A stretch of 31,666 bases of DNA from a virus (taxonomy: Duplodnaviria > Caudoviricetes). Location: the IMG/VR virus record IMGVR_UViG_3300026125_000014, positions 1 through 31,666 of that record, one strand, 5' to 3'. Of the stretch, positions 18,401 to 26,980 are shown one piece after another. How positions within the stretch are numbered: position 1 is the stretch's first letter; each line of letters starts with the position of its first letter. The notes under the pieces were generated by a model that was given only the letters and a program-made list of their open reading frames with translations, did no database searches and was not told the origin of the DNA. The translations under genes and the position numbers were made by a program.

Positions 18401-19271
18401 TAGTAAAGGTTATACTGTACCTATGTTTAGGGTAGGGAAAAGACTTGATGATCGTAAAGAGAAATTTACTGTAGATGCTGATGGTAACTTAAAAGATATT
18501 CATAAAGAGCATGGTGCTCGATTTATGGATGGTCTGGCAGCTATTATTACGCATACTCAGGATGCTGCTTTAGAGAAACTAGCTATTATGTCTCAGAATG
18601 TTGGTCGTAAGTTATCTTCACCTAACATTTCAATACATGATGCTAACAAGTTAAATGCTAAGAGTTATATCCAGCATTGGATCTCTTACAATATGATAGC
18701 TCTTCCGTCTTTAGCTTCTCAGACTGATACTTATAGTAATCTGTTAAAAGTAGCTGATGATGTAGTTGATCAGTTATCTCAGATAATTAAGACAGCTAAG
18801 AAGGAAGGTAAGAATATCCCTGTAGGTACTTCTAATAGTCAACATAGATCTATGTTCAATATACTGGATTATCATTACAAGAATAATAAAGATCCTATAG
18901 ATAAAACTAGATACCCTACTATGGAACAATACCGTAAGGCAGTAGATAAAAGAAAGAGAACTCTTTTAATTCTTAAAGATGCTGCTGATAATGGTTGGAT
19001 ACCTAATGACCCTGAGAATAAGACATATCAAAAAGTCCTAGAACAGTACGGTGAAGATACTAATGTTCAAGACATTCGTAGAAACGCTAGTGTAACTCCA
19101 GAACAATTTGATAAGATTCTTAAATCAGTACTTAGACTACAAGGCTACTTAGCAGAAGAAGGACAGATTCGTCCACCTCTATTCCGTAAGATACAAGAGT
19201 GGAAGAAGAATGCTGAAGCTGTAATTGATAGCCTGAAGAAAGGTAAGTTCCTGTCTAACGCTCAGAACTAA
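15492..19271 (+). CDS. Divergent single-subunit (T7/N4-family) RNA polymerase, probably virion-encapsidated
   Basis: 1259 aa, coupled TAATG, RBS GGAG. Ordered motifs: SQINNRIQ (DxxGR equivalent, R548), EIDANNSNVAIQ (motif A, D749), KDLTRDSVVAGFYG (motif B, 832-845), GLAAIITHTQDAA (H1021), ISIHDA (motif C, D1050). Confidence 0.8.
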   Translation: MAMPPKISRAGTLSPSQKTTAFRDEVAVPVIAQEEGANVLPSEQLGTSLVPQVQAEGVQYVPQMPTLEEEESSIELPTVAEMPVLEQQELLDIQQARQEFTQPVPLQDLVSREGAIATTDNINKRLEDIYNAVESNQAVKKGDIEENSMTVENKLREVNKGQISDLFQRSNSLAEDFNNPQNIVMTNPNTKEEVDAFSLLKVVMGQNVDTETQSLSLLVSMFQEVSDINAMRLMNQDKSAAVTDAYDLESTVQANRYDIDEETQVAGNLEGTDIGAIKSQVNPDDSNSYDIDQYKFINNTARRLVQRAKEMLGGQAVEMDENDSNDVELGEYLLQRAIDDGEIGIYSFTDPRSKKKYFYPQVMPKGETFAKTTQDIAVASNPSNDLINISRTVPTNHQGKLGDMKFDAKKGTVLKADGTEISPSEAVLSLNGGVGRVVDEDILTIVEQLYSMGDGKYFKNDDASYKETFNEALIKARAKYTNLGVEPERAERRANADAKRTADLARKTKDQKTKNDLMLMKQRLQDVDGNGEQLIKFAEWGVSQINNRIQEVSRDMQSDSKAVIRAVDNFAEKAYVKVKPRNQGESRKQANLLKEILMLSKSQMRNGEKALERFNSLDEGTKNEMAMKAMWAGTFIKLEGATAPEYEYTNTSGKMKPNTKRMNPAQLLEYYSQNEETIIKTLASYGRQVKGWVKNPQSIPTPENRQGWQQEVLKRGELGYFVSNLIDASNYASSPVGTNLRLKGMYEIDANNSNVAIQTLKTGNIINAATLGFIVDPQDPDAWYDTMKNPDSFYTILSENLGNVIQRSFNDTDKQEALSNFVNALINKGKGKDLTRDSVVAGFYGLHPNVNIGSIRSILTQFAKEAQTHLVENGPYKNAMGSDLMNDLLAMQGANYNQILQNISISKTVKQIGSIISLIGDYDPAIKTDLGDIIKSHVGELMPEYMQDMVMEEVSGGRLLARKPLETFVDSKGYTVPMFRVGKRLDDRKEKFTVDADGNLKDIHKEHGARFMDGLAAIITHTQDAALEKLAIMSQNVGRKLSSPNISIHDANKLNAKSYIQHWISYNMIALPSLASQTDTYSNLLKVADDVVDQLSQIIKTAKKEGKNIPVGTSNSQHRSMFNILDYHYKNNKDPIDKTRYPTMEQYRKAVDKRKRTLLILKDAADNGWIPNDPENKTYQKVLEQYGEDTNVQDIRRNASVTPEQFDKILKSVLRLQGYLAEEGQIRPPLFRKIQEWKKNAEAVIDSLKKGKFLSNAQN

Positions 19272-19304
19272 TAACAACTATAAATTATAATAATAATAAA
19301 ATTT

Positions 19305-19338
19305 GCCCCCTTGAGATTACTCTCTTGGGGGCTTTTTT
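19305..19338. terminator. Intrinsic terminator between the convergent operons, likely bidirectional
   Basis: GCCCCC-TT-GAGA-TTAC-TCTC-TT-GGGGGC then TTTTTT on +; on - the same stem (GTAA loop) is followed by AAATTTTATTATT. Confidence 0.85.
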
Positions 19339-19340
19339 AT

Positions 19341-19733
19341 TTACAGAAATTTCTTACCTGAAAGCTTTTCAGCATTAAGAATCTGCTGTCTAGCTTGGGC
19401 ATGATCTTTATTAGAAAGGTCTCTAGCATCTTTCTGATCATATCCTTGTTCAAGATAACCTTGATAGCTTAACTTATGTGCTGCTTGAAGTGCTGCACGA
19501 TTAATAGGATTAGTGTAAGCTAGATTAGGATCTAAGTTTAAACTATTAATTATCTCCATATCATCTACTTCACCAAGACCTGATTGAGCTATCCAGTTCT
19601 TACTATCAGCACTGAAAGGTCTCTTAGGTTTATGTGGCTCATCAGCCATAGGATTGTTTGATTGACTGTCATCAAGATCTTCTGTAGACATTCTACCAGT
19701 AAGATCTGTCATTACTTTTACTTTATCTGCCAT
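19341..19733 (-). CDS. Hypothetical protein (130 aa), last gene of the - operon
   Basis: ATG at 19733 preceded by GAGGT; immediately follows the RNAP stop; ends at the terminator. Confidence 0.75.
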   Translation of the reverse strand: MADKVKVMTDLTGRMSTEDLDDSQSNNPMADEPHKPKRPFSADSKNWIAQSGLGEVDDMEIINSLNLDPNLAYTNPINRAALQAAHKLSYQGYLEQGYDQKDARDLSNKDHAQARQQILNAEKLSGKKFL

Positions 19734-19741
19734 TGTTACCT

Positions 19742-22198
19742 CTAACAAAAGAAATACTCAGAACCCCTTACATCAGCAATATCTAGATTGCCCTGATCAG
19801 GAATACCTTCGTAGTTAGTTGTGTCTGACAATACATTTACTTTAATATCTTCAAAGTAATTCTCTTTGTTGTATATATCAATGAATGATTGTCTTGTTAA
19901 TTGAGAGAGCATATCAACATACTCTGCATGTGTACTAAAGCTATCGTGTACTGCACCGAAAGAGTGATTCCAGTTAGCTATAACAAGAGACATATGAGCT
20001 GCATCCTGACTATGGATATAGTTAGGTGATATACCACTCATTAATCCTTGTAGTGAAGCGAACTTAGAAGGCTCTTGAAGAACATGAGTAATACGTCCAG
20101 TGTACTCTCCATTCTTCTTATGCCCGATAGGTACTCCTGCAAGAGTAACATAGACATTTACTTCTCTAGTGAGATAAGAATGATAGAACACAGGGAATCC
20201 AGAAGGACTAACCCATTGCATGTAGTGCTTCCCATTACCATGCGACACGTAACGAGTATTCTTTACATGCTCTAGACGTTGCTCTATCAAAGCTAACTCT
20301 AGTTCTTCCTCAATAGTTTTCTCTTTGATTCTCTTTAGAGCTTGCTTCCGAGCATGTACCTTCTTTTTCTTTGTGTGAGTCCAGTTAGAACCATCAACAT
20401 CATAAGCACTAGTCTTACCTATTTCAAAGTTAACTAATGACTGTAAGAAGCTCATAGTCTTAGTAGCTCCTGGACATACATCATCAAGAGCCTGTATGAG
20501 AGCCTTCGAGAGTGCTTCACAGTCGCTCATAGTGATGTTGTGTTCCTCAGTGATACCACCTGTATAGCAGTCAGCATACATACTGTCAGCGATCTTCTCT
20601 GCTCCTGCTGAGTATGCTCTAGTCATTACACCACGTTTAGTAATGTACTTCCTAATATGCTTTAACTTAAGGTTAGGTCTAGCCTCAAACCATTCAGGCA
20701 TACGTTCAATCAAAGCCTTAGCAGCCTTAACGTATAGATCTGATTGTAGATCTGTGTGCATCAATGATACTAGCTTACCTGTATGCTCATCCTTACTTAT
20801 TGCAGCTGAGTGCTGATAACCGTTACAGCTACCATCAATAGGTATAGGAAGATAAGAAAGATGATTAGGGTCTTTAAGAGCATTCTTAATCTCTATACAA
20901 CAAGCTAAGAAAGAGAAAGGCTTTTCACAGTCATAGTGAATAACATCTGTACTGTCATAGATAAGATCTAGGTTATGTTCAACCCAATGTACTCTATCTT
21001 CTAGAGTCATCTTATCTACTGAGATAGAATCAAGACCTTCTTCTCTTAAGTAACTCTCATAGTCATACTCACACCATCCTGGAAGTGAATCAATATCATA
21101 CGACTTATTGTAACAACAAGCAGCATGTATGTATAACCACTTGAGACCTACCTTAGATAGCATTACACCTTCACTGAACTGAAACATAGCACGAGCCATA
21201 TCACTGCCCTGAAAGTTAAAGAAGGGTTCCTTGTAGTAGACTCGACCACGATAATCTAGATCTACATACTGATAAAACTCTTCAGCATCTTTTAAGGCTT
21301 CTGCTTTCTTGAAGATTGTTTCAAGCTCTGCTCGCTTAGAGATGTCTCGGAGAACACATAGTTCTTCGTTCCACTTCTCAGCAGCTTCATTATACGCTCG
21401 CTTGTTCTCTTCTGAAGGCTCTTTTTGTAGAGCTTTATAAGCAAGTGTTACCTCTGCTTTAGTAAATTTATTAAGTCTATTCTGTTGCTTAGGTAGTATA
21501 TCTTCAAGGTTATTCTTAATAACTTCAAAGACTTCCTGATTAATACTCCAAGCTTGTTGCTGAAGTTTATTAGTAGACTTAACCCAAGTATCATTACGTC
21601 TGATAGACTCAATGAAAGCTTGTTGATGTGTAATCAAAGGCTGCTTACTAGTCTCTGAGTTAACACCTTTGATAACAGCTAAATTATCTCCTTGCATTAC
21701 TCCTTTAATATCTTTGATAGGATCTGTTACAGTGTATAGTAACAAACCCTTAGCGGGTTGCGTCTTAACTAGATCACTAAACTTCTCTGTGATAGAGATA
21801 ACGTAAGGTGAACCAGATCTAGGAGCAAACCCATCTTGAATAGAGATATTAATAAAGTCTGAATGATAGAACGCTTCAATGAACAAGTCACCTATATGTA
21901 ACATCTGTTCTTTGTTGAGCTCAGAAGACTTATAGTTACTTACTTCAACACCTATAGCTATAGCAGTGTTAGTAAGAAGTGCTTCTCCCTTCTTCCCTGA
22001 AGGATCATCAGCAGCTTTATGTAGAATTATATTAGTGGCTATACTAACTAGATGAAACAAATCTTCTTCATAGATATCTCCTTCTTCATCTTGTAATAGA
22101 TGAGCTAGATAGAGTGGACCATAAGCCTGGCGCTTATTAGTATTCAGAACAACCTTTCCGAGTCTTTCACTCAGGTATTGTACGACAAGATTATTCAT
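19742..22198 (-). CDS. T7-like single-subunit DNA-directed RNA polymerase
   Basis: 818 aa; DYRGRVY, PIDGSCNGYQH (D455), ITKRGVMTRAYS, GISPNYIHSQDAAH, AVHDSF (D752), C-terminal YFFC; RBS AGGAG. Confidence 0.97.
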   Translation of the reverse strand: MNNLVVQYLSERLGKVVLNTNKRQAYGPLYLAHLLQDEEGDIYEEDLFHLVSIATNIILHKAADDPSGKKGEALLTNTAIAIGVEVSNYKSSELNKEQMLHIGDLFIEAFYHSDFINISIQDGFAPRSGSPYVISITEKFSDLVKTQPAKGLLLYTVTDPIKDIKGVMQGDNLAVIKGVNSETSKQPLITHQQAFIESIRRNDTWVKSTNKLQQQAWSINQEVFEVIKNNLEDILPKQQNRLNKFTKAEVTLAYKALQKEPSEENKRAYNEAAEKWNEELCVLRDISKRAELETIFKKAEALKDAEEFYQYVDLDYRGRVYYKEPFFNFQGSDMARAMFQFSEGVMLSKVGLKWLYIHAACCYNKSYDIDSLPGWCEYDYESYLREEGLDSISVDKMTLEDRVHWVEHNLDLIYDSTDVIHYDCEKPFSFLACCIEIKNALKDPNHLSYLPIPIDGSCNGYQHSAAISKDEHTGKLVSLMHTDLQSDLYVKAAKALIERMPEWFEARPNLKLKHIRKYITKRGVMTRAYSAGAEKIADSMYADCYTGGITEEHNITMSDCEALSKALIQALDDVCPGATKTMSFLQSLVNFEIGKTSAYDVDGSNWTHTKKKKVHARKQALKRIKEKTIEEELELALIEQRLEHVKNTRYVSHGNGKHYMQWVSPSGFPVFYHSYLTREVNVYVTLAGVPIGHKKNGEYTGRITHVLQEPSKFASLQGLMSGISPNYIHSQDAAHMSLVIANWNHSFGAVHDSFSTHAEYVDMLSQLTRQSFIDIYNKENYFEDIKVNVLSDTTNYEGIPDQGNLDIADVRGSEYFFC

Positions 22199-22207
22199 TG
22201 TTACTCC

Positions 22208-23842
22208 TTAAAATTCTACTGTAGCTGTTTTGATACGACCTGTTTCATGGTCATATAATGCTTTACCTGCTGGACCAGTAAGCCCCGTGTAACGACACTT
22301 CAAGACTTTCATCTCAATAGTATTCCTTACAGTAGGATCTGCATTACCAGAGTCACGAGCAAAAGCTATGATATCCATAGAGATTTGTTTAATGGAACCA
22401 GAACCTTTGATGTCATCTAGAGAAGGTAGTTCACCTTCCTCAAATGATTTACCAGTACTTGTCTTACGTAAGTGAGATACAAGACCTATCCAGACATTAT
22501 GAGTCTTAGCTACCTTAAGAAGATCATTCATTATCTTATCGATAGCCTCATTACCTGTCAGTCCTTCCGCACCTTCAGATACAAGTATAGTAATATGGTC
22601 GATGAAGAGATACTTACACCCAACAGCAGCCATATATTCAAGTTGAGATATGATCCCATCAGTAATAGCTCCAGCGTGATCAAGAACAAGGATGCGATCA
22701 TCGCCAAAGACAGTATCAAAGCCTTGTCTGAGTTCTTCATTACTAATATTCTCCGCTGTAGGATTCTTGTTGATAGCCATACAGCTTAACTTCTTAGCTG
22801 TTTCTGCTGGTGATTCTTCAAGAGAGATAATACCAATCTTATCTTCAGTACTCTGAATCAAGTGGAAAACAATCTCACGTAGCATAGTAGATTTACCTGA
22901 ACCAGTACCACTAGTCCATAGAGTAATCTCCCCTCCTCTCATACCTTTAACTTTCTCATTGAGACCGTCAAAGCAAGTAGGATAGGGTACACTCTCAATC
23001 TTAGCATAGTCCTCCATAGCCTGCCATAGAGCGTCTTTTGTGAGTATACCCTGGGGGTTGTACTGGGTAGCATTCCAGATAGCAGAGAGGACCGCTTTGA
23101 AGCCCTCTCGTGTGTACTCATCTGAGGCATCCTTATGTTTACCTTTAGCTACCTTAAGCTTATTGTAGCCTATGATCTTAGCTAACTTAGGTATAACAGT
23201 TTGACCTGCCTCATCGTTATCTCCGTAGAATACTACTTCTTCAAACGACATTAACCAATCACGGTTATTAATAACTGGATTTAAGTTAGACGCTGAAGGG
23301 ATGGATACAACAGGGTATATGTTACCGTTGTACTGATCGTAAGCCTCAGCAATTGCCAACGCATCTTCTTCTCCTTCGGTTACTACGACACGTTTCCGAG
23401 AAGCACCTTCAAACTTATCTTGACCAAACAAAGAGATCTTATCTAGTCCTCCAATAACTTTAAAGGCTTTAGGATAAGAACGAACCTTGTAGCTTACACC
23501 ATCAGGTTTAGCATAAGGATAAAATGTTTCTGATACTTCACCATCAACATTAATCGCACTACGAACACCAAACATTTCACAAATCTTTGCAGATATCTTT
23601 CGAGAAGAATGAGTCCGGAAAGGATAATCATTAATTCCCATATGTTTATTGGTATTCTGTACAACAGGTTTATCTACTACGTCCACTTCCATGTCCGCTT
23701 CTCCGTAATAATCAGGGTAGAATTTATTACATCCTGGAGTCCAACACTTACCTTTAACAGTACCTGTATCATCTTTGAAGAGAGATACATTGTCAGTTGA
23801 ACCACAAGCTTTACAGGAGCCTTTACCCACAGAGATAGTCAT
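22208..23842 (-). CDS. T7 gp4-like DNA primase-helicase
   Basis: N-terminal Zn finger (CKAC...CWTPGC), TOPRIM (TEGEEDA, DND), Walker A GTGSGKST, FIDH, VSHLRK, GSGSIKQISM, LKCRYTG. Confidence 0.96.
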   Translation of the reverse strand: MTISVGKGSCKACGSTDNVSLFKDDTGTVKGKCWTPGCNKFYPDYYGEADMEVDVVDKPVVQNTNKHMGINDYPFRTHSSRKISAKICEMFGVRSAINVDGEVSETFYPYAKPDGVSYKVRSYPKAFKVIGGLDKISLFGQDKFEGASRKRVVVTEGEEDALAIAEAYDQYNGNIYPVVSIPSASNLNPVINNRDWLMSFEEVVFYGDNDEAGQTVIPKLAKIIGYNKLKVAKGKHKDASDEYTREGFKAVLSAIWNATQYNPQGILTKDALWQAMEDYAKIESVPYPTCFDGLNEKVKGMRGGEITLWTSGTGSGKSTMLREIVFHLIQSTEDKIGIISLEESPAETAKKLSCMAINKNPTAENISNEELRQGFDTVFGDDRILVLDHAGAITDGIISQLEYMAAVGCKYLFIDHITILVSEGAEGLTGNEAIDKIMNDLLKVAKTHNVWIGLVSHLRKTSTGKSFEEGELPSLDDIKGSGSIKQISMDIIAFARDSGNADPTVRNTIEMKVLKCRYTGLTGPAGKALYDHETGRIKTATVEF

Positions 23843-23845
23843 AAT

Positions 23846-24289
23846 TTAATCCTCAAGTTTAATTAGTTCTAGACCACAGTCTATAATTAGCTGTCTACCT
23901 TTAGAACACTTATTGTATTCTTCAGTATAGTAAACAGTAGTGATGCCGCATTGCACGATCATCTTAGCACAATCAATACAGGGTATTGTAGTACTGAATA
24001 TAGTAGAGCCTGATAAGCTAACACTACTAGTAGCTGCTTTAGCTATAGCATTCATCTCAGCATGAACTACTTCTTGACGAGTCTTACCATTAGTGTGTTT
24101 ACACTCATTAGTAAAGTACTCATTGGGAGTTCCATTCCATCCATAACCTAGTATCTGAGAGTCTTTAACTAAGACTGCTCCAACCTTTCTGTCTGGATCA
24201 ATGGATTGTTGCGCTACACGGTAAGCTATGTCCATCATCATCTGATTGAACATCATCTTCTTCTGTAACTTTGTAGGTGATAATTTCAT
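23846..24289 (-). CDS. dCMP deaminase
   Basis: KVGAVLV, GWNG, HAEMNA, PCIDC; start placed at ATG 24289 behind AGGAG. Confidence 0.93.
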   Translation of the reverse strand: MKLSPTKLQKKMMFNQMMMDIAYRVAQQSIDPDRKVGAVLVKDSQILGYGWNGTPNEYFTNECKHTNGKTRQEVVHAEMNAIAKAATSSVSLSGSTIFSTTIPCIDCAKMIVQCGITTVYYTEEYNKCSKGRQLIIDCGLELIKLED

Positions 24290-24500
24290 TTTTAGTTCTC
24301 CTAATGATTTCAATGAGATAAGCAACATCAGTGCCTCTCATCTGCAAGTTCAGAATGTACTCTGAATTCGTTATTATGCCTCCATCTAACATATCATGCA
24401 ACTCATTTTCAAAGTCAGATAAAGCGATCAATACAATATCAATCGCTTCTTCTTCCCTATAACCTCTCACTGCATTAAGTACTTGTTTCATAAAGGTCAT
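24198..24500 (-). CDS. Hypothetical protein (~100 aa) overlapping the 5' end of the dCMP deaminase
   Basis: ATG at 24500 with AAGGA RBS just after the exonuclease stop; fills the gap in the operon. Confidence 0.6.
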   Translation of the reverse strand: MTFMKQVLNAVRGYREEEAIDIVLIALSDFENELHDMLDGGIITNSEYILNLQMRGTDVAYLIEIIRRTKNEIITYKVTEEDDVQSDDDGHSLPCSATIH

Positions 24501-24510
24501 ACTATTATCC

Positions 24511-25269
24511 TTAGTACTCGTAACACTTAGGAGCTTCTTTAAAGCCGCACTCCCAGAAGTTACCTTTGTCTTTATCCCAAACAAAGTAATCATCTTGGTA
24601 ACGTTGAATATGAATCAAGCTACCAGTGAACATAAGAGCATGTAGCCATTCTTCACCACAACGATCTTTATATTCACGTTCAATGACATACTTCCATTCA
24701 CCTCTTGAAGTGCTCTTGAGTAGCTTCTCAGCTGTCTTAGCACCAAGACGTTTAGGTGACTTGATATTATCTGTCATGTCACCAATAAGGACTTGGATGT
24801 AATAGTTGTAGTCAGCTTCTTCCTGAGTAACAGTGTACTCTTTAAGGTCTCCCTTATTACTGGGTCGAATATGCCTACCTGCAATACAATCCAAGTCTTT
24901 ATCAGCAGAGATAATAACATGATTCAGGTTTCTTTCAACACACTTAACTGCTTTCCTGCGAACAAGATCATCTGCTTCACATCCATGAGAACGAATAGCA
25001 AGACGCTCTTGAGCAGTCCATTCAATTAACTCCTTCATTATCTCCATATTCATGTCAGGATTACCTGAGCCACGATGCGCTTTATAATCAGAGAACACTT
25101 TGTATCTCCAATTATTATCACCTTTAATGAAGCATACTGATTTATCAGCCCAAGCCTCTGAGATGTATATCTTAAGTATGTCTAGATATTTCTCTTTAGC
25201 TTCAGCTAGATCTGTTGTCTTCCATGCAGCACGATAGAATATGCTATCTGCATCTATTATACCGATCAT
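24511..25269 (-). CDS. 5'-3' exonuclease / flap endonuclease (T7 gp6-like)
   Basis: IIDADS, YKAHR, EADD, SADKDL, GDMTDNI...LGAKTA; RBS AAGGAG. Confidence 0.93.
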   Translation of the reverse strand: MIGIIDADSIFYRAAWKTTDLAEAKEKYLDILKIYISEAWADKSVCFIKGDNNWRYKVFSDYKAHRGSGNPDMNMEIMKELIEWTAQERLAIRSHGCEADDLVRRKAVKCVERNLNHVIISADKDLDCIAGRHIRPSNKGDLKEYTVTQEEADYNYYIQVLIGDMTDNIKSPKRLGAKTAEKLLKSTSRGEWKYVIEREYKDRCGEEWLHALMFTGSLIHIQRYQDDYFVWDKDKGNFWECGFKEAPKCYEY

Positions 25270-25285
25270 GTTATTTCTCCTTAGT

Positions 25286-26968
25286 TTATTGACAAGCTAG
25301 ACATTCGTCTTTACTTGCTTGAACACCAGCTTTACTATACACATAGTAGAGAGCTAGAATGTTTGGATCAGTGAAGGCTTGCTTATGTACTTCGTTTATG
25401 TAACTTTCATCTTCATCTGCTGAGAAGAACAGATTAAGTGATTGCCATTGATCAATGTACTTAGCACGAGCTGAAGCCATAGTTACTACAGCGTTTTGAG
25501 GGATCTCAAAGGCAGTACGGAATACTTCCTTCTCATGGTCATCTAACCATTCTTCCTTCTGGACTGAACCCATGTTGTCTCTAATGCGTTCAACAGTTCG
25601 CTTATTGTACACTCCTCTATCCTGCATGAGCTCAAGTAAGACTGGATTAATCCTGTCCACTTCACCTGCTGCGGTACGCTGAGTGTAAACCATAGCTGTG
25701 TCAGGGTTGATTCCCTCTGAAACTCCACCCATGATGAGGGCGGTAGATTTCGTAGGAGCCACAGCAATTCTATGGGTGTTAGCGTACCCGTATCCTTCCA
25801 TCCATTCAGGAGTTCCCCATGTTTCTGCGATCCACTTACTAGCTCTTTTACTTTCATTATCAAGTGCCTTAAAGATTTCATTGTTAAGCATCATTGATTC
25901 GAATCCACCGAATACAATGTTACGCTTCTGGAATAACGTATGTAGACCGCATACACCTAAACCTAATGCTCTACTCTTCTTAGTGAAAGCAATAGCCTTC
26001 TCTAATCCAGGTAGGTTCTTACCACGCTCAATGAACTCTTGTACTACACAATCAAGGAATACTGTAGCATTAAAGATAGCATCAGTGTCTTTCCATTCAT
26101 CGTACTTAGCTACATTCATAGATGATAGTACACAAGTGTAAGTGTAATCATCAGAAGAGTGTAGCATAATCTCAGCACATAACTGAGGTGACTTGATATC
26201 TAACCCCTGCTCTTTATACCAGATAGGACGAGCATCATTAGCTTTGTCTGGAAAGAAGAAGTAACCTTTACCTGTTACCATCTTAGTACGCATAGCTTTA
26301 CCATAACGTCTGATAGCTTCTTGATCTCCATTAGATAGCTTCTCAATGAAAGCATTACTAATATTCCAACCAATGTTATTACCATCAGGGTTATGTTCTA
26401 GGTGATCACATACCTCATCGAAGTCTCCATGATCAATAGGTACATAGCCTGCCCATGATCCTCTACGAGCTGTACCTTGAGATACATACTCCATATCTTG
26501 CTGGAAACCTTTGATGATAGGTAGTAGACCACTAGCCTTACCACCAACAGAGATATCAGATCCACGACTACGAATGTCACCTAAGTAACTTGCAGTACCG
26601 AATCCTGCTTTAGTGAGAGCAGCAATCTCATGTTTACCTTTGTAGATACTATCTAAGTTATCACTGATATAACTCCCAGCACAACTAACAGGCAGACCAC
26701 GAGAAGTACCAACGTTAGCCAGAACAGGAGTCGATGGACTGAGCCATCCTTTCCATAGTAATTGAAAGAATCTATCATGCCAATCATTAGGATTAGGAGT
26801 ATGTACAGCAAGAGTACGGGCAATACGTTCATATTGTTCTCTAGGGGTTTTAGCTTGAAAGAGATATTTCTCTTTAAACATTTGATAACCACCAGTAGAG
26901 AACCATTCAGGTAACTCACCAGCAGCTTGTAGACGTTTACGTTCTTCAGATAGTTTATTGTATGACAT
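25286..26968 (-). CDS. nrdA: Class I ribonucleotide reductase alpha subunit, compact (no evident ATP cone)
   Basis: PSTPVLAN, VSC, QLCAEI, TCVLSS, RALGLG, APTKST, DQWQSLN, LYY, C-terminal CLAC. Confidence 0.95.
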   Translation of the reverse strand: MSYNKLSEERKRLQAAGELPEWFSTGGYQMFKEKYLFQAKTPREQYERIARTLAVHTPNPNDWHDRFFQLLWKGWLSPSTPVLANVGTSRGLPVSCAGSYISDNLDSIYKGKHEIAALTKAGFGTASYLGDIRSRGSDISVGGKASGLLPIIKGFQQDMEYVSQGTARRGSWAGYVPIDHGDFDEVCDHLEHNPDGNNIGWNISNAFIEKLSNGDQEAIRRYGKAMRTKMVTGKGYFFFPDKANDARPIWYKEQGLDIKSPQLCAEIMLHSSDDYTYTCVLSSMNVAKYDEWKDTDAIFNATVFLDCVVQEFIERGKNLPGLEKAIAFTKKSRALGLGVCGLHTLFQKRNIVFGGFESMMLNNEIFKALDNESKRASKWIAETWGTPEWMEGYGYANTHRIAVAPTKSTALIMGGVSEGINPDTAMVYTQRTAAGEVDRINPVLLELMQDRGVYNKRTVERIRDNMGSVQKEEWLDDHEKEVFRTAFEIPQNAVVTMASARAKYIDQWQSLNLFFSADEDESYINEVHKQAFTDPNILALYYVYSKAGVQASKDECLACQ

Positions 26969-26980
26969 TATATTTACTCC

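Noticed and set aside
19272-19304. AT-rich (TAA)n stretch as replication origin
   Set aside because: Very short, no iterons; explained as the T-rich tail of the - strand terminator.
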